This document shows, in pieces, positions 1 through 7,729 of a stretch of DNA of 28,025 bases (its first letter is position 1; each line of letters starts with the position of its first letter). The notes under the pieces are model-generated. The model did no database searches. It saw only the letters and a list, made by a program, of their open reading frames with translations, and was not told the DNA's origin. Source of the DNA: Alphaproteobacteria bacterium (lineage in GTDB: Bacteria; Pseudomonadota; Alphaproteobacteria; UBA6615); NCBI GenBank assembly GCA_036445355.1, contig JAZFQY010000151.1:1-28025 (forward strand), in the 5' to 3' direction. A program made the translations under genes and the position numbers.

Positions 1-831
1 GCCGGCGCCCGAGACGTCGAAGACCTCGAGCGCCATGGTCGGCAGGTGGGTGGCCTCGCCGGTCGCCGGGACCAGGGTCATGCCCTCGCCGCCGCGAGTG
101 GCGAGCACGCCGCCGACGCCGCACTCGGCGATCACCTTCCGCGCCGCGGCGATGAGCCCGGCGACATCGGAAACCTCCATGCCGGCGGCGCGCTGCAGCT
201 CCCGACGATTGGGGGTCAATAGGTCGGCGCCTCGATAGACGCCGTAATCCTCGCCCATGGGGTCGACGATGACCGGGGTGTCGCGCTTGCCGGCGGCGGC
301 GATCAGCGCCGACAGCACCGGTCCGCCGAGCACGCCCTTGCCGTAGTCGGAGAGGACCACCGCCGCCGCGCCCTCGAGCGCCGCCGTCGCCGCTTCGATG
401 AGCGCCCGCTGGTGCGCGCCCGTCAGGGCCTGGCCGTCTTCGGCATCGGCGCGCAGCAACTGCTGGCGCTCGGCGATGTAGCGCGTCTTTACCGTCGTCG
501 GACGGCCCGGCACCCGCACCAGATCGGCGGTCATGTCGGCTACGAGCGATCCCAGCTCGCGCCCCGCCGCGTCGTCGCCCACCGCGGCGACGAGATGGGG
601 CCGGCCACCGAGCGCGGCGAGGTTGCGCGCGACATTGCCGGCGCCGCCCGGCATCGCCGTCTCGCGTGCCACGCGCAAGACCGGTATCGGCGCCTCGGGC
701 GAGATGCGCTCGACGTCGCCATAGACATAGCGGTCGAGCATGACGTCGCCGACGACGAGCACCGAGGCGCCCGCCAGGGCCTCGACAAGACCCGCCAGCC
801 GGGTGGCGCGCGCACCGGGCGCCTGGTTCAT
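1..831 (-). CDS. hldE: D-glycero-beta-D-manno-heptose 7-phosphate kinase / bifunctional HldE (RfaE), 3' part runs off the window
   Basis: My minus-strand translation from ATG 831 (alternative in-frame ATG 843) gives MNQAPG...VLVVGDVMLDRYVYGDVERISPEAPIPVLR and ends at the window edge with EVFDVSGAG(D), both typical HldE/PfkB motifs. It is absent from the ORF track because it has no stop in the window. Confidence 0.92.
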   Translation of the reverse strand, partial: MNQAPGARATRLAGLVEALAGASVLVVGDVMLDRYVYGDVERISPEAPIPVLRVARETAMPGGAGNVARNLAALGGRPHLVAAVGDDAAGRELGSLVADMTADLVRVPGRPTTVKTRYIAERQQLLRADAEDGQALTGAHQRALIEAATAALEGAAAVVLSDYGKGVLGGPVLSALIAAAGKRDTPVIVDPMGEDYGVYRGADLLTPNRRELQRAAGMEVSDVAGLIAAARKVIAECGVGGVLATRGGEGMTLVPATGEATHLPTMALEVFDVSGAG

Positions 832-910
832 GGCGCTGCCCATCCCATGGCCGACTGGCTACTGCATCGCCGTGGCGCATTCAACCGCAATTCCCGGCCA
901 CGGGGCCCAC

Positions 911-951
911 TTAATCAAACCGTAATCCGGTTGCGTTATGGATTTGGTAAC
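911..951. promoter_or_regulatory. Two imperfect CtrA-like boxes in the divergent hldE / EAL-gene intergenic region
   Basis: TTAA-N7-GTAA at 911-925 (1 mismatch to TTAA-N7-TTAA) and TTAT-N7-GTAAC at 936-951 (2 mismatches), in an AT-richer patch. Confidence 0.3.
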
Positions 952-1041
952 GATCGCGCGCAGCAATGCCCGGATGGCATCGACGACACCGATCCGCCAC
1001 ACGGGCGCGCGCGGGCAGACGGACGACTGGCGGCAGATCAC

Positions 1042-2340
1042 ATGGCGTTCGCCGAAGACCAAATGAATACACCGCAGAGCCCCGAGGTCATGCTGCTCGA
1101 GTTCACGGAACGGCTCGAGCGGCATCGCCAGGGCCGACGCGCGGTCCACATTCATCTGTCGCGACTCAGGCCCCACAATCGTCGCGAGCACCACATTCGC
1201 ATCGCCGCCAATTCGTTCGAAAACCTGGCCAGGGCGCATGACGGCCGGATCTTCATGTTGTCCAATTCCGACATTCTGTTCGCATGCAAGGAAGTCAAGA
1301 TCTCTGACATCGACCAGAGTGTGGTCAATGTCCGCTACTTGTTCAGCGAGGATCCGCTGACGCAGATCGACGACGAAATTCAGGATGCCCAGTTCTGCAC
1401 CTGGTACGACATTGAAGTCGAGTATCGAGAATTCCGGCAATTGGCCGAGCGGCTCAATGCGGAGCAGCAGCGCCGGGAACGCCTCATCGAGAAGGAAAAG
1501 CAAAATCAGACGTCAGACAAGGCGAGGCCGCGGGCGGCGCCGCTTCAGCCGGCGCAGCTGGGGCAGGTCGAGGACATCCTGGCGCGCGCCGAAATGTCGA
1601 ACCTGATGCGCCGCCAGCCGGTGTGCGCGATTTCCGGCGATGCGCCGCCGCATGTCGTGTTTTACGAGCTCTATGTGTCGATCTCGGAGTTGCAGGCGCA
1701 ACTGACACCCGAGTTCAGCCTGGTCTCCGACCGCTGGCTGTTTCAGCGGCTGACCCAGACCCTGGACCGGCGCATGCTGACCCTAGTTGCAAACCACGAT
1801 GATACGACCATCGCCGCCTACTACTCGATCAATCTCAACGTCTCGACCCTGTTGTCGCCGGATTTCCTGGTCTTCGACTCCAACCTGCGTTCCGGCTCAC
1901 GCGGCACGATCGTGCTCGAACTGCCCGTGGTCGACGTCTTCAGCGACATGGGTGCCTTTATTTTCGCCCGCAATTTCGTGCGCGAGCGCGGCTACCGTGT
2001 TTGCCTGGACGGCCTGACGCACCTGACGGCACCGTTCATCGACCGCGAAAGGCTGGGGCTCGACTTGATAAAGGTGTATTGGAGCCAGGAGATGCTCTAC
2101 GACCCCAGCGGCCTCCGGCGCGAGACGTTCCGCGAAATGATCGGGCAGTCCGGTCCGACGCGCGTCATCCTGTGCCGCTGCGGCAGCGAGGAGGCGATCG
2201 AGTACGGCCGGGCGCTCGGCATCTCGTTGTTCCAGGGCAATGCCGTCGACGCCCGCCTCGCCGCCATGGAGCGCAACGGGGGCGCCAAAATGACCGTCAA
2301 GGAGGCGCACGCCCTGGGCGCCGAGCGCATTCGTCGCTGA
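1042..2340 (+). CDS. Degenerate EAL-domain protein (probably catalytically inactive) with an uncharacterised N-terminal domain
   Basis: C-terminal half follows EAL motif order: RRQPVC..ELYVS, SINLN, IVLELP, VCLDGLT (for DDFG), DLIKV, LFQG. Start placed at ATG 1042 or 1063 because the ORF-track start (412) lies inside hldE. Confidence 0.75.
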   Translation: MAFAEDQMNTPQSPEVMLLEFTERLERHRQGRRAVHIHLSRLRPHNRREHHIRIAANSFENLARAHDGRIFMLSNSDILFACKEVKISDIDQSVVNVRYLFSEDPLTQIDDEIQDAQFCTWYDIEVEYREFRQLAERLNAEQQRRERLIEKEKQNQTSDKARPRAAPLQPAQLGQVEDILARAEMSNLMRRQPVCAISGDAPPHVVFYELYVSISELQAQLTPEFSLVSDRWLFQRLTQTLDRRMLTLVANHDDTTIAAYYSINLNVSTLLSPDFLVFDSNLRSGSRGTIVLELPVVDVFSDMGAFIFARNFVRERGYRVCLDGLTHLTAPFIDRERLGLDLIKVYWSQEMLYDPSGLRRETFREMIGQSGPTRVILCRCGSEEAIEYGRALGISLFQGNAVDARLAAMERNGGAKMTVKEAHALGAERIRR

Positions 2341-2366
2341 GCCACCGCGGCAACACCGATAGGACA

Positions 2367-2441
2367 CTATTCGCGCGGCGCCCGCTTGGCGAGGATGCGC
2401 TGCAGGGTGCGGTGATGCATGTTGAGGCGCCGCCGCCGCGC
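2367..2441 (-). pseudogene. regA: 3'-terminal remnant of a RegA/PrrA/ActR response regulator (Fis-type HTH end)
   Basis: Minus strand reads ARRRRLNMHHRTLQRILAKRAPRE*, closely matching the conserved RegA C-terminus (A)RRLNMHRRTLQRILAKR(A/S)PR. There is an in-frame TGA at 2478-2480 upstream and no receiver domain. Confidence 0.8.
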
Positions 2442-2565
2442 CCGGCGGCTTGCCCGCGCCCGTCGGGCCCTATAGCTTCATCGTCCCGCAAGGCGCACCT
2501 ACCGCCCGGCGCCGCGTTCCGCCGCCTGCATGGCAAGGGCGCCGTTGCGGTCCCACCATGGTGTC

Positions 2566-3309
2566 ATGGCCGAGCCGGTTGTCAAAGTCGAGAAGGTGAG
2601 CAAGCGCTACGAGCAAGTGCTCGCCGTGGACGCCATCTCCTTCACCGTCGACGCCGGTCGCACGGCGGCGCTCCTGGGCGGTAACGGCGCCGGCAAGACG
2701 ACCACCATCGCCATGCTGCTGGGTCTCTTGCTGCCCAGCGCCGGGCGCATCACCGTGCTCGGCGAGGACGTGCTGCGCCACCGCTACCGGGTGCTGCCGC
2801 GCATGAACTTCGCCTCGCCCTATTTGGAGCTGCCGCACCGGTTGACGGTGCGCGAGAACCTGGCGGTCTATGCGCGCCTCTATGGCGTCGCCGATATTGG
2901 CCGGCGCATCGAGCGGCTGGCCGAGGCACTCGACCTGACGCAGTTGCTGCGCCGCCCGACGGGCAAGCTGTCGGCGGGGCAGCGGACGCGGGTGGCGTTG
3001 GCCAAGGCGCTGCTCAACGAGCCGACGCTGTTGCTCCTGGACGAGCCGACGGCGAGCCTCGATCCCGACACCGCCGACTGGGTGCGCGGCTTCCTGGAGC
3101 GCTACCGGGCCGAGACCGGCGCCACCATCTTGATGGCCAGCCACAACATGGTCGAGGTGGAGCGGCTGTGCGACGACGTGCTGATAATGCGCGAGGGGCG
3201 CATCGTCGACCGCGGCGCGCCGGCGGCGCTCATCGCGCGCTATGGCCGCGCCACTTTGGAGCAGGTGTTCCTCGACATCGCCCGCGGTACCGCCGAGGCG
3301 GCGCAATGA
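2566..3309 (+). CDS. ABC transporter ATP-binding protein (ABC-2/NodI/DrrA-like exporter)
   Basis: Walker A GGNGAGKTT, signature LSAGQ, Walker B LLLLDEPT, H-loop SHNM. Start taken at ATG 2566 (ATG 2530 also in frame). Confidence 0.93.
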   Translation: MAEPVVKVEKVSKRYEQVLAVDAISFTVDAGRTAALLGGNGAGKTTTIAMLLGLLLPSAGRITVLGEDVLRHRYRVLPRMNFASPYLELPHRLTVRENLAVYARLYGVADIGRRIERLAEALDLTQLLRRPTGKLSAGQRTRVALAKALLNEPTLLLLDEPTASLDPDTADWVRGFLERYRAETGATILMASHNMVEVERLCDDVLIMREGRIVDRGAPAALIARYGRATLEQVFLDIARGTAEAAQ

Positions 3310-4112
3310 CGGGCGTGGCCCGGTCCGCCAACCGGCTCGCCGCCATGGTGCTGCGTTACTGGTACTTGTTGCGCAGCTCCTGGGCGCGGGTGTTCGAGCT
3401 CATTTACTGGCCGTCCATCATGATGGTGCTGTGGGGCTTCATCACCCAGCACTTCCTCACTCACTCGAGCTGGGTGGCGACGGCTGCGGGGGTACTCCTG
3501 TCAGGGGTGATGCTGTGGGACGTCCTGTTCCGCGGCCAGCTCGGTTTCTCGATCTCCTTCCTCGAGGAGATGTGGTCGCGCAATCTGGGCCACCTGTTCG
3601 TGAGCCCTTTGCGGCCGATGGAGCTGGTGCTCGCCCTCATGTGCATCAGCATTATCCGCACGGTGATCGGCATCGTGCCCGCGGTGCTGCTGGCGATTCC
3701 GCTCTACGCCTACAACATCTTCGAAATCGGCCTGCCGCTGATCGCCTTCTTCGTCAATCTCTTGGTCATGGGCTGGGCAGTCGGCGCGCTGGTGACGGCA
3801 CTGCTCTTGCGCATCGGGCTCGGCGCCGAGAGCCTGGCCTGGCTCGCCATCTTCATGTTGGCGCCGGTGAGCTGCATTTACTATCCGGTGGAGGTCCTGC
3901 CCGCCTGGCTGCAGCTCGTGGCCTGGGCCTTGCCCATGGCGCACGTCTTCGAGGGCATGCGCGCGGTGCTGTTCGACCAGGTCTTCCGCTGGGATCTGCT
4001 GGCCGGCGCGGCGGCGCTGAACGTCCTCTATCTCACCCTCGGCATCCTCGCCTTCCTGTGGAGCTTCCGCGCCGCCCGGCGCTCCGGCGCCCTGTTGCAG
4101 ACGGGGGAGTAG
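3306..4112 (+). CDS. ABC-2 type transporter permease
   Basis: Starts at ATG 3306 in an ATGA overlap with the ATPase stop. About six hydrophobic helices and the C-terminal YYPVEVLPAWLQLVAWALPMAH motif of ABC-2 permeases. Confidence 0.92.
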   Translation: MTGVARSANRLAAMVLRYWYLLRSSWARVFELIYWPSIMMVLWGFITQHFLTHSSWVATAAGVLLSGVMLWDVLFRGQLGFSISFLEEMWSRNLGHLFVSPLRPMELVLALMCISIIRTVIGIVPAVLLAIPLYAYNIFEIGLPLIAFFVNLLVMGWAVGALVTALLLRIGLGAESLAWLAIFMLAPVSCIYYPVEVLPAWLQLVAWALPMAHVFEGMRAVLFDQVFRWDLLAGAAALNVLYLTLGILAFLWSFRAARRSGALLQTGE

Positions 4113-4120
4113 GGGCGTCC

Positions 4121-5143
4121 CTATTCATCCTTGTCCGCGACCCCGGCCTCGGCGAAGGTTGCCATGCCCGTATGGCACTCGGCGGCGGCGCGCACGAGCG
4201 CGATCGCCAGCGCCGCGCCGGTCGCCTCGCCCAGGCGCATGCCGAGGTCGAGCAAGGGCTCCTGCCCCAGCTTTTCCAGGAGCCGCCGGTGCGCCGGCTC
4301 GGCCGAACAATGCGCGGCGACGCAGTGGTCCAGCGCGCCTGGATCCAGCGCATGCAGGACCGAAGCCGCCGCGCCCGTCACATACCCGTCCAGGAGCACC
4401 GGCACGCGCCCGAGCCGCGCCGCCAGGATCGCGCCGGTCATGGCGGCGATCTCGCGCCCGCCCAGGCAGCGCAGCACCTGAAGCGGGTCGCCGAGCGCCG
4501 TCCGGTTGACGGCGACACCCTCGGCGACGGCCGCCACCTTGCGCGCCAGCGCCGCGCCCGCGACGCCGGTGCCGGGACCGGTCCAGTCCGCCGCCTCGCC
4601 CCCGAATAGCGCGTGGCAGATGGCGGCGGCGGCGGCGGTGTTGCCGATCCCCATCTCGCCGACCGCGAGGAGGTCGATCCCGTCCTCCACCGCCGCCATG
4701 CCGGCCGCCACCGCCGCGGCGCACGCGGCCTCGTCCATCGCCGGGCCTTGGGTGAAGTCGCGCGTCGGCGTCTCGGCCAGGTCGACGACACGCAGCTCGG
4801 CGCCGACGGCGCGGCAGATCTGGTTGATGGCCGCACCGCCCGCCTCGAAATTGCGCACCATCTGTGCCGTCACCGTGGCCGGATAGGCGGAGACGCCCTG
4901 GCCGGTGACGCCGTGACTGCCGGCGAAGACCACCACGAGCGCGCGCGCAACCCGCGGCGGCTGGCGCCCCTGCCAGGTGGCGAGCCATTGGGCCAGGCGC
5001 TCGAGCCGGCCGAGGGCGCCCGGCGGCTTGGTGAGCCGCACCTCGCGCTGCGCCGCGGCACTGGCGTTGGCGCCATCCGGCCCCGGCATGGCGGCCACGA
5101 GGGCGCCAATGTCTGCGAGGGTGTCGGGCTGCGGGAAGGGCAC
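4121..5143 (-). CDS. cobT: Nicotinate-nucleotide:dimethylbenzimidazole phosphoribosyltransferase
   Basis: LTKPPGALGRLE, VFAGSHGV, GEMGIGNT, GTG, GGREIAA, LGMRLGEATGA motifs. Start inferred at GTG 5143 (about 340 aa); the ORF-track start 5407 overlaps cobS. Confidence 0.95.
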   Translation of the reverse strand: MPFPQPDTLADIGALVAAMPGPDGANASAAAQREVRLTKPPGALGRLERLAQWLATWQGRQPPRVARALVVVFAGSHGVTGQGVSAYPATVTAQMVRNFEAGGAAINQICRAVGAELRVVDLAETPTRDFTQGPAMDEAACAAAVAAGMAAVEDGIDLLAVGEMGIGNTAAAAAICHALFGGEAADWTGPGTGVAGAALARKVAAVAEGVAVNRTALGDPLQVLRCLGGREIAAMTGAILAARLGRVPVLLDGYVTGAAASVLHALDPGALDHCVAAHCSAEPAHRRLLEKLGQEPLLDLGMRLGEATGAALAIALVRAAAECHTGMATFAEAGVADKDE

Positions 5144-5196
5144 GGCGTCGGGCTGGGCTGGTCGCGGATATGCGGCACTTGTCCTATAACCGGCCC

Positions 5197-6024
5197 ATGG
5201 ACACCAGGGAAAATCCGGGCGAAACGCCGGCGCCGACAGGCGGCCCGGGGGGCGGCCCGGGGGGCGGCCTTGGCGCCGAGCTGAGGCTGGCGGTCGCGTT
5301 CCTGACACAATTGCCGACCGAGGCCGTAAACGGAGCCGGCATCGCGGCGGCGGTCTGGGCCTTCCCGGTCGTCGGTGCCGCCCTCGGCCTCGCCGGTGGC
5401 CTCGCATATCTAGGTGCCGCGGCGCTCGGTCTGCCGGCGCTTGCGGCGGCGTTCATCGCCCTAGGCGTCGTCATCCTGGCGACGGGCGCCCTGCACGAGG
5501 ACGGCCTGGCCGATCTGGCCGACGGGCTGGGTGGCGGGCGCGACCGTGCCGCCAAGCTCGCGATCATGCGCGACAGCCGCATCGGCGCCTATGGCGCCCT
5601 GGCGATCGTCCTCGTCGTCGGGCTCAAGGCCGCCGCGCTCGCCGCCATCGGCGGCGCGGGGCCCCTCGCCGCAATGGCAGCGCTCGCCGCCACCGGTGCG
5701 GCCAGCCGCGCCGCGATGCCCCTGGTGATGCTGCAACTGCCGCCGGCGCGCGCCGACGGACTGGGTGCCGATGCCGGGCGACCGAAGCCCGCCGCCGCCG
5801 CCGTCGCCGTGATCCTGGCGCTGGCGCTCGCCGCCTCGCTCCTGGGCGCCTACGGCTGGCCGGCGGTGGTCCTGGCCCTCGCCGTCGGGGCGCTCGCCGC
5901 CGGCGCAATCGCCGCGCTGGCGGCGCGGCAGCTCGGCGGGCACACGGGCGACATGCTTGGCGCCGTACAGCAGGCGGCCGAGACCGCCATGCTGCTCGCC
6001 CTCTCCGCGCTGCTGGCGCCGTGA
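5197..6024 (+). CDS. cobS: Adenosylcobinamide-GDP ribazoletransferase (cobalamin synthase)
   Basis: AVAFLTQLP, TGALHEDGLADLADG, IMRDSRIGAYG, GGHTGDMLGA motifs; hydrophobic. Start at ATG 5197. Confidence 0.95.
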   Translation: MDTRENPGETPAPTGGPGGGPGGGLGAELRLAVAFLTQLPTEAVNGAGIAAAVWAFPVVGAALGLAGGLAYLGAAALGLPALAAAFIALGVVILATGALHEDGLADLADGLGGGRDRAAKLAIMRDSRIGAYGALAIVLVVGLKAAALAAIGGAGPLAAMAALAATGAASRAAMPLVMLQLPPARADGLGADAGRPKPAAAAVAVILALALAASLLGAYGWPAVVLALAVGALAAGAIAALAARQLGGHTGDMLGAVQQAAETAMLLALSALLAP

Positions 6025-6644
6025 CCACCACCCGCTGGTGGTGGGTGCGCCACGCACCGGTGACGGCGACGGGCGGGCGCATCTACGGCCAGGACGACCC
6101 GCCTTGCGACACGAGCGACCGGACGACCTTCTCCGCCCTCGCCGCCCTGCTGCCGAAGCGCGCGGTGCTCGTCACCAGCCACCTCCAACGCACACGTCAG
6201 ACCGCCGACGCCATCCGCGCCGCCGGGCGCGACCTGCCCGAGCCCATCGTCGAGCCCGCCGTCGCCGAGCAGAATTTCGGCGACTGGCAGGGCCGGACGC
6301 GCGCCGAGGTATTCGCCGAGCTCGGCGCGCGCCACGCATTCTGGCTGGCGCCGGCGCACAGCCGGCCCCCCGGCGGCGAGACCTTCGCCGAGCTCATCCA
6401 GCGGGTGCGGGCGGCGGTGACGCGCCTGACGCGCGACAATCGCGGGCGCGACATCGTCTGCGTCGCCCATGGCGGCAGCATCCGCGCCGCCCTCGGTCTC
6501 GCCTTGGGGCTCGACCCGGAGCAGGCGTTCGCGTTTGCCATCGACAACTGCTCCCTCACCCGCATCGACCACCTCGAAGGCACCGCCGACGACCCGCGCG
6601 ACCACTGGATCGTGGTCCGGGTCAATCAGGTGGCGACGGCCTGA
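6021..6644 (+). CDS. cobC: Histidine phosphatase family protein, probable alpha-ribazole-5'-phosphate phosphatase
   Basis: RHA (RHG-type) motif, SHLQRTRQTA, EQNFGDWQG, PPGGETF, VAHGGSIR. GTGA overlap with cobS; the CobC call rests on context. Confidence 0.8.
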   Translation: MTTTRWWWVRHAPVTATGGRIYGQDDPPCDTSDRTTFSALAALLPKRAVLVTSHLQRTRQTADAIRAAGRDLPEPIVEPAVAEQNFGDWQGRTRAEVFAELGARHAFWLAPAHSRPPGGETFAELIQRVRAAVTRLTRDNRGRDIVCVAHGGSIRAALGLALGLDPEQAFAFAIDNCSLTRIDHLEGTADDPRDHWIVVRVNQVATA

Positions 6645-6649
6645 CGCAA

Positions 6650-6658
6650 TTATCCACA
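6650..6658 (+). promoter_or_regulatory. Perfect DnaA-box sequence upstream of the riboswitch
   Basis: TTATCCACA, single copy; function unproven. Confidence 0.3.
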
Positions 6659-6684
6659 GCGCGGACGGTGACGGACGCGTGGCG

Positions 6685-6875
6685 GGCGTGATAGGGTCGC
6701 GCCCGCGTCGAGACAGGGAAGACCGGTGCGGCGAGTCGTTCTCGCCAATCCCGGCGCTGCCCCCGCAACTGTGAGCGGCGAGGTCCCGGCACCAACGCCA
6801 CTGGCCTCGGCATCATGCCGAAGCCGGGAAGGCTGCCGCGGACCGATGACCCCGAGCCAGGAGACCTCCTCGACG
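6685..6875 (+). ncRNA. Cobalamin (B12-element) riboswitch
   Basis: Conserved blocks in order: AGGGAA..CCGGTG, AATCCCGG, CTGCCCCCGCAACTGT, GCCACTG, CGGGAAGG, GAGCCAGGAGACC. Internal hairpins GGCGAG/CTCGCC and TCGGCAT/ATGCCGA. CCTCC (6865-6869) is complementary to the cobU SD GGAGG (6903-6907). Boundaries approximate. Confidence 0.95.
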
Positions 6876-6915
6876 CAAAGGTCGTGACTGCGCACCTCGG
6901 GCGGAGGGGAGTGTC

Positions 6916-7515
6916 ATGTCAACAAGTGTGCCAGTGCTTCCGAAAATCACCCTGGTGTTGGGCGGCGCGCGCTCGGGCAAGAGCGCCTATGCCCAGGACA
7001 TTGCCGCGGCCGGCGCCCGGGCGCGCCCGGTCTACATCGCCACCGCCCAGGCCGGCGACGCCGAGATGGCGGCGCGAATCGCGGAGCATTGCGCCCGGCG
7101 CGGCGATGCTTGGCGCACCGTCGAGGAGCCCCTCGACCTCGCCGGAGCGCTTGCCGGCCAATCCCACGCCCATGTGCCGGTGGTCGTCGACTGCCTCACC
7201 CTTTGGCTCAGCAACCTCATGGCCGACGGCCGCGACCCGGAGGCGGAGACGGCGCATCTCATCGATGCCCTCGCGCGCACGCCTGGCCCGGTGGTGCTGG
7301 TGGCCAACGAGGTCGGGCTGGGCATCGTGCCCGAGAACAAGCTGGCGCGCGATTTTCGTGACGCCCACGGACGGCTCAACCAGGCCGTGGCCGCCGCCGC
7401 CGGGCGCGTCGTCTTCCTCGCCGCCGGCCTGCCCATGGTGATGAAGGACCAAGAGCCTAATCCGGCCAGATTGAAACAATTCTGTTTCTCAACCGGCGCG
7501 GCGGTCCAGCGGTGA
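6916..7515 (+). CDS. cobU: Bifunctional adenosylcobinamide kinase / phosphate guanylyltransferase (CobU/CobP); last ~20 aa derive from an inserted element
   Basis: LGGARSGKSAYA, YIATA, WRTVEEP, VVDCLTLW, VANEVGLGIVP, AAGLP motifs. Confidence 0.95.
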   Translation: MSTSVPVLPKITLVLGGARSGKSAYAQDIAAAGARARPVYIATAQAGDAEMAARIAEHCARRGDAWRTVEEPLDLAGALAGQSHAHVPVVVDCLTLWLSNLMADGRDPEAETAHLIDALARTPGPVVLVANEVGLGIVPENKLARDFRDAHGRLNQAVAAAAGRVVFLAAGLPMVMKDQEPNPARLKQFCFSTGAAVQR

Positions 7516-7723
7516 GGCGCGCGCCGGGCGATGTGGGGCATCGGCCAAGAGCGTCTCGCCGTTGGGCGCCCGCCGGTCGAAAACCCGAAGGGACGGAGCG
7601 CTTTTGCGCCCATGCCGGCGTACAGCCGCTCGGCCGTATTGCCGATACGCCCTTCGCGCCTGTGCTTGGTCTGGGCGCAAAATCGCTCCGTCAGAGTGGT
7701 TCAATCTGGCCGGACAAGGCTCT
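7452..7723. mobile_element. 272-bp MITE-like element with 24-bp terminal inverted repeats and a nested 21-bp inverted repeat
   Basis: TIRs 7452-7475 AGAGCCTAATCCGGCCAGATTGAA and 7700-7723 match at 22/24. Inner IR 7592-7612 / 7672-7692 matches at 20/21. Removing the element restores a cobU-stop/cobW-start ATGA overlap. Confidence 0.85.
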
Positions 7724-7729
7724 AACCGC

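Noticed and set aside
412-1041. ORF-track N-terminal extension of the 642-aa ORF
   Set aside because: Overlaps the clearly conserved hldE on the opposite strand; the sequence looks like an antisense read-through and domain-like sequence begins near 1042-1063.
2367-2420. 17-aa peptide MHHRTLQRILAKRAPRE as an expressed small protein
   Set aside because: No SD upstream, and RegA similarity continues 5' of the ATG, which fits a gene remnant better.
4107-4126. 8-bp hairpin (GAGTAGGG-GCGT-CCCTATTC) across the convergent permease and cobT stops
   Set aside because: Short stem with no U-tract on either strand; not enough to call a terminator.
3242-4609. Long alternative-frame ORFs here and throughout (e.g. 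2470-3306, 4125-4988, 7691-8887, 9159-10607, 9686-10966, 17576-19231, 20909-22174, 23618-24754)
   Set aside because: Shadow ORFs expected in ~70% GC DNA: Arg/Gly/Pro/Ala-rich, no motifs, and fully overlapping recognised genes.
5239-5269. 12-bp tandem repeat (GGCGGCCCGGGG x2.5) in the cobS 5' end, encoding GGPGGGPGGG
   Set aside because: In-frame slippage duplication in a variable N-terminal linker; not a phase-variation tract, and no evidence of G-quadruplex function.
4121-6024. Reading cobT and cobS as the CobS/CobT subunits of the CobNST chelatase
   Set aside because: Motifs are those of the DMB phosphoribosyltransferase and the cobalamin synthase; no AAA+ or vWA domains. The chelatase partners are not in this window.
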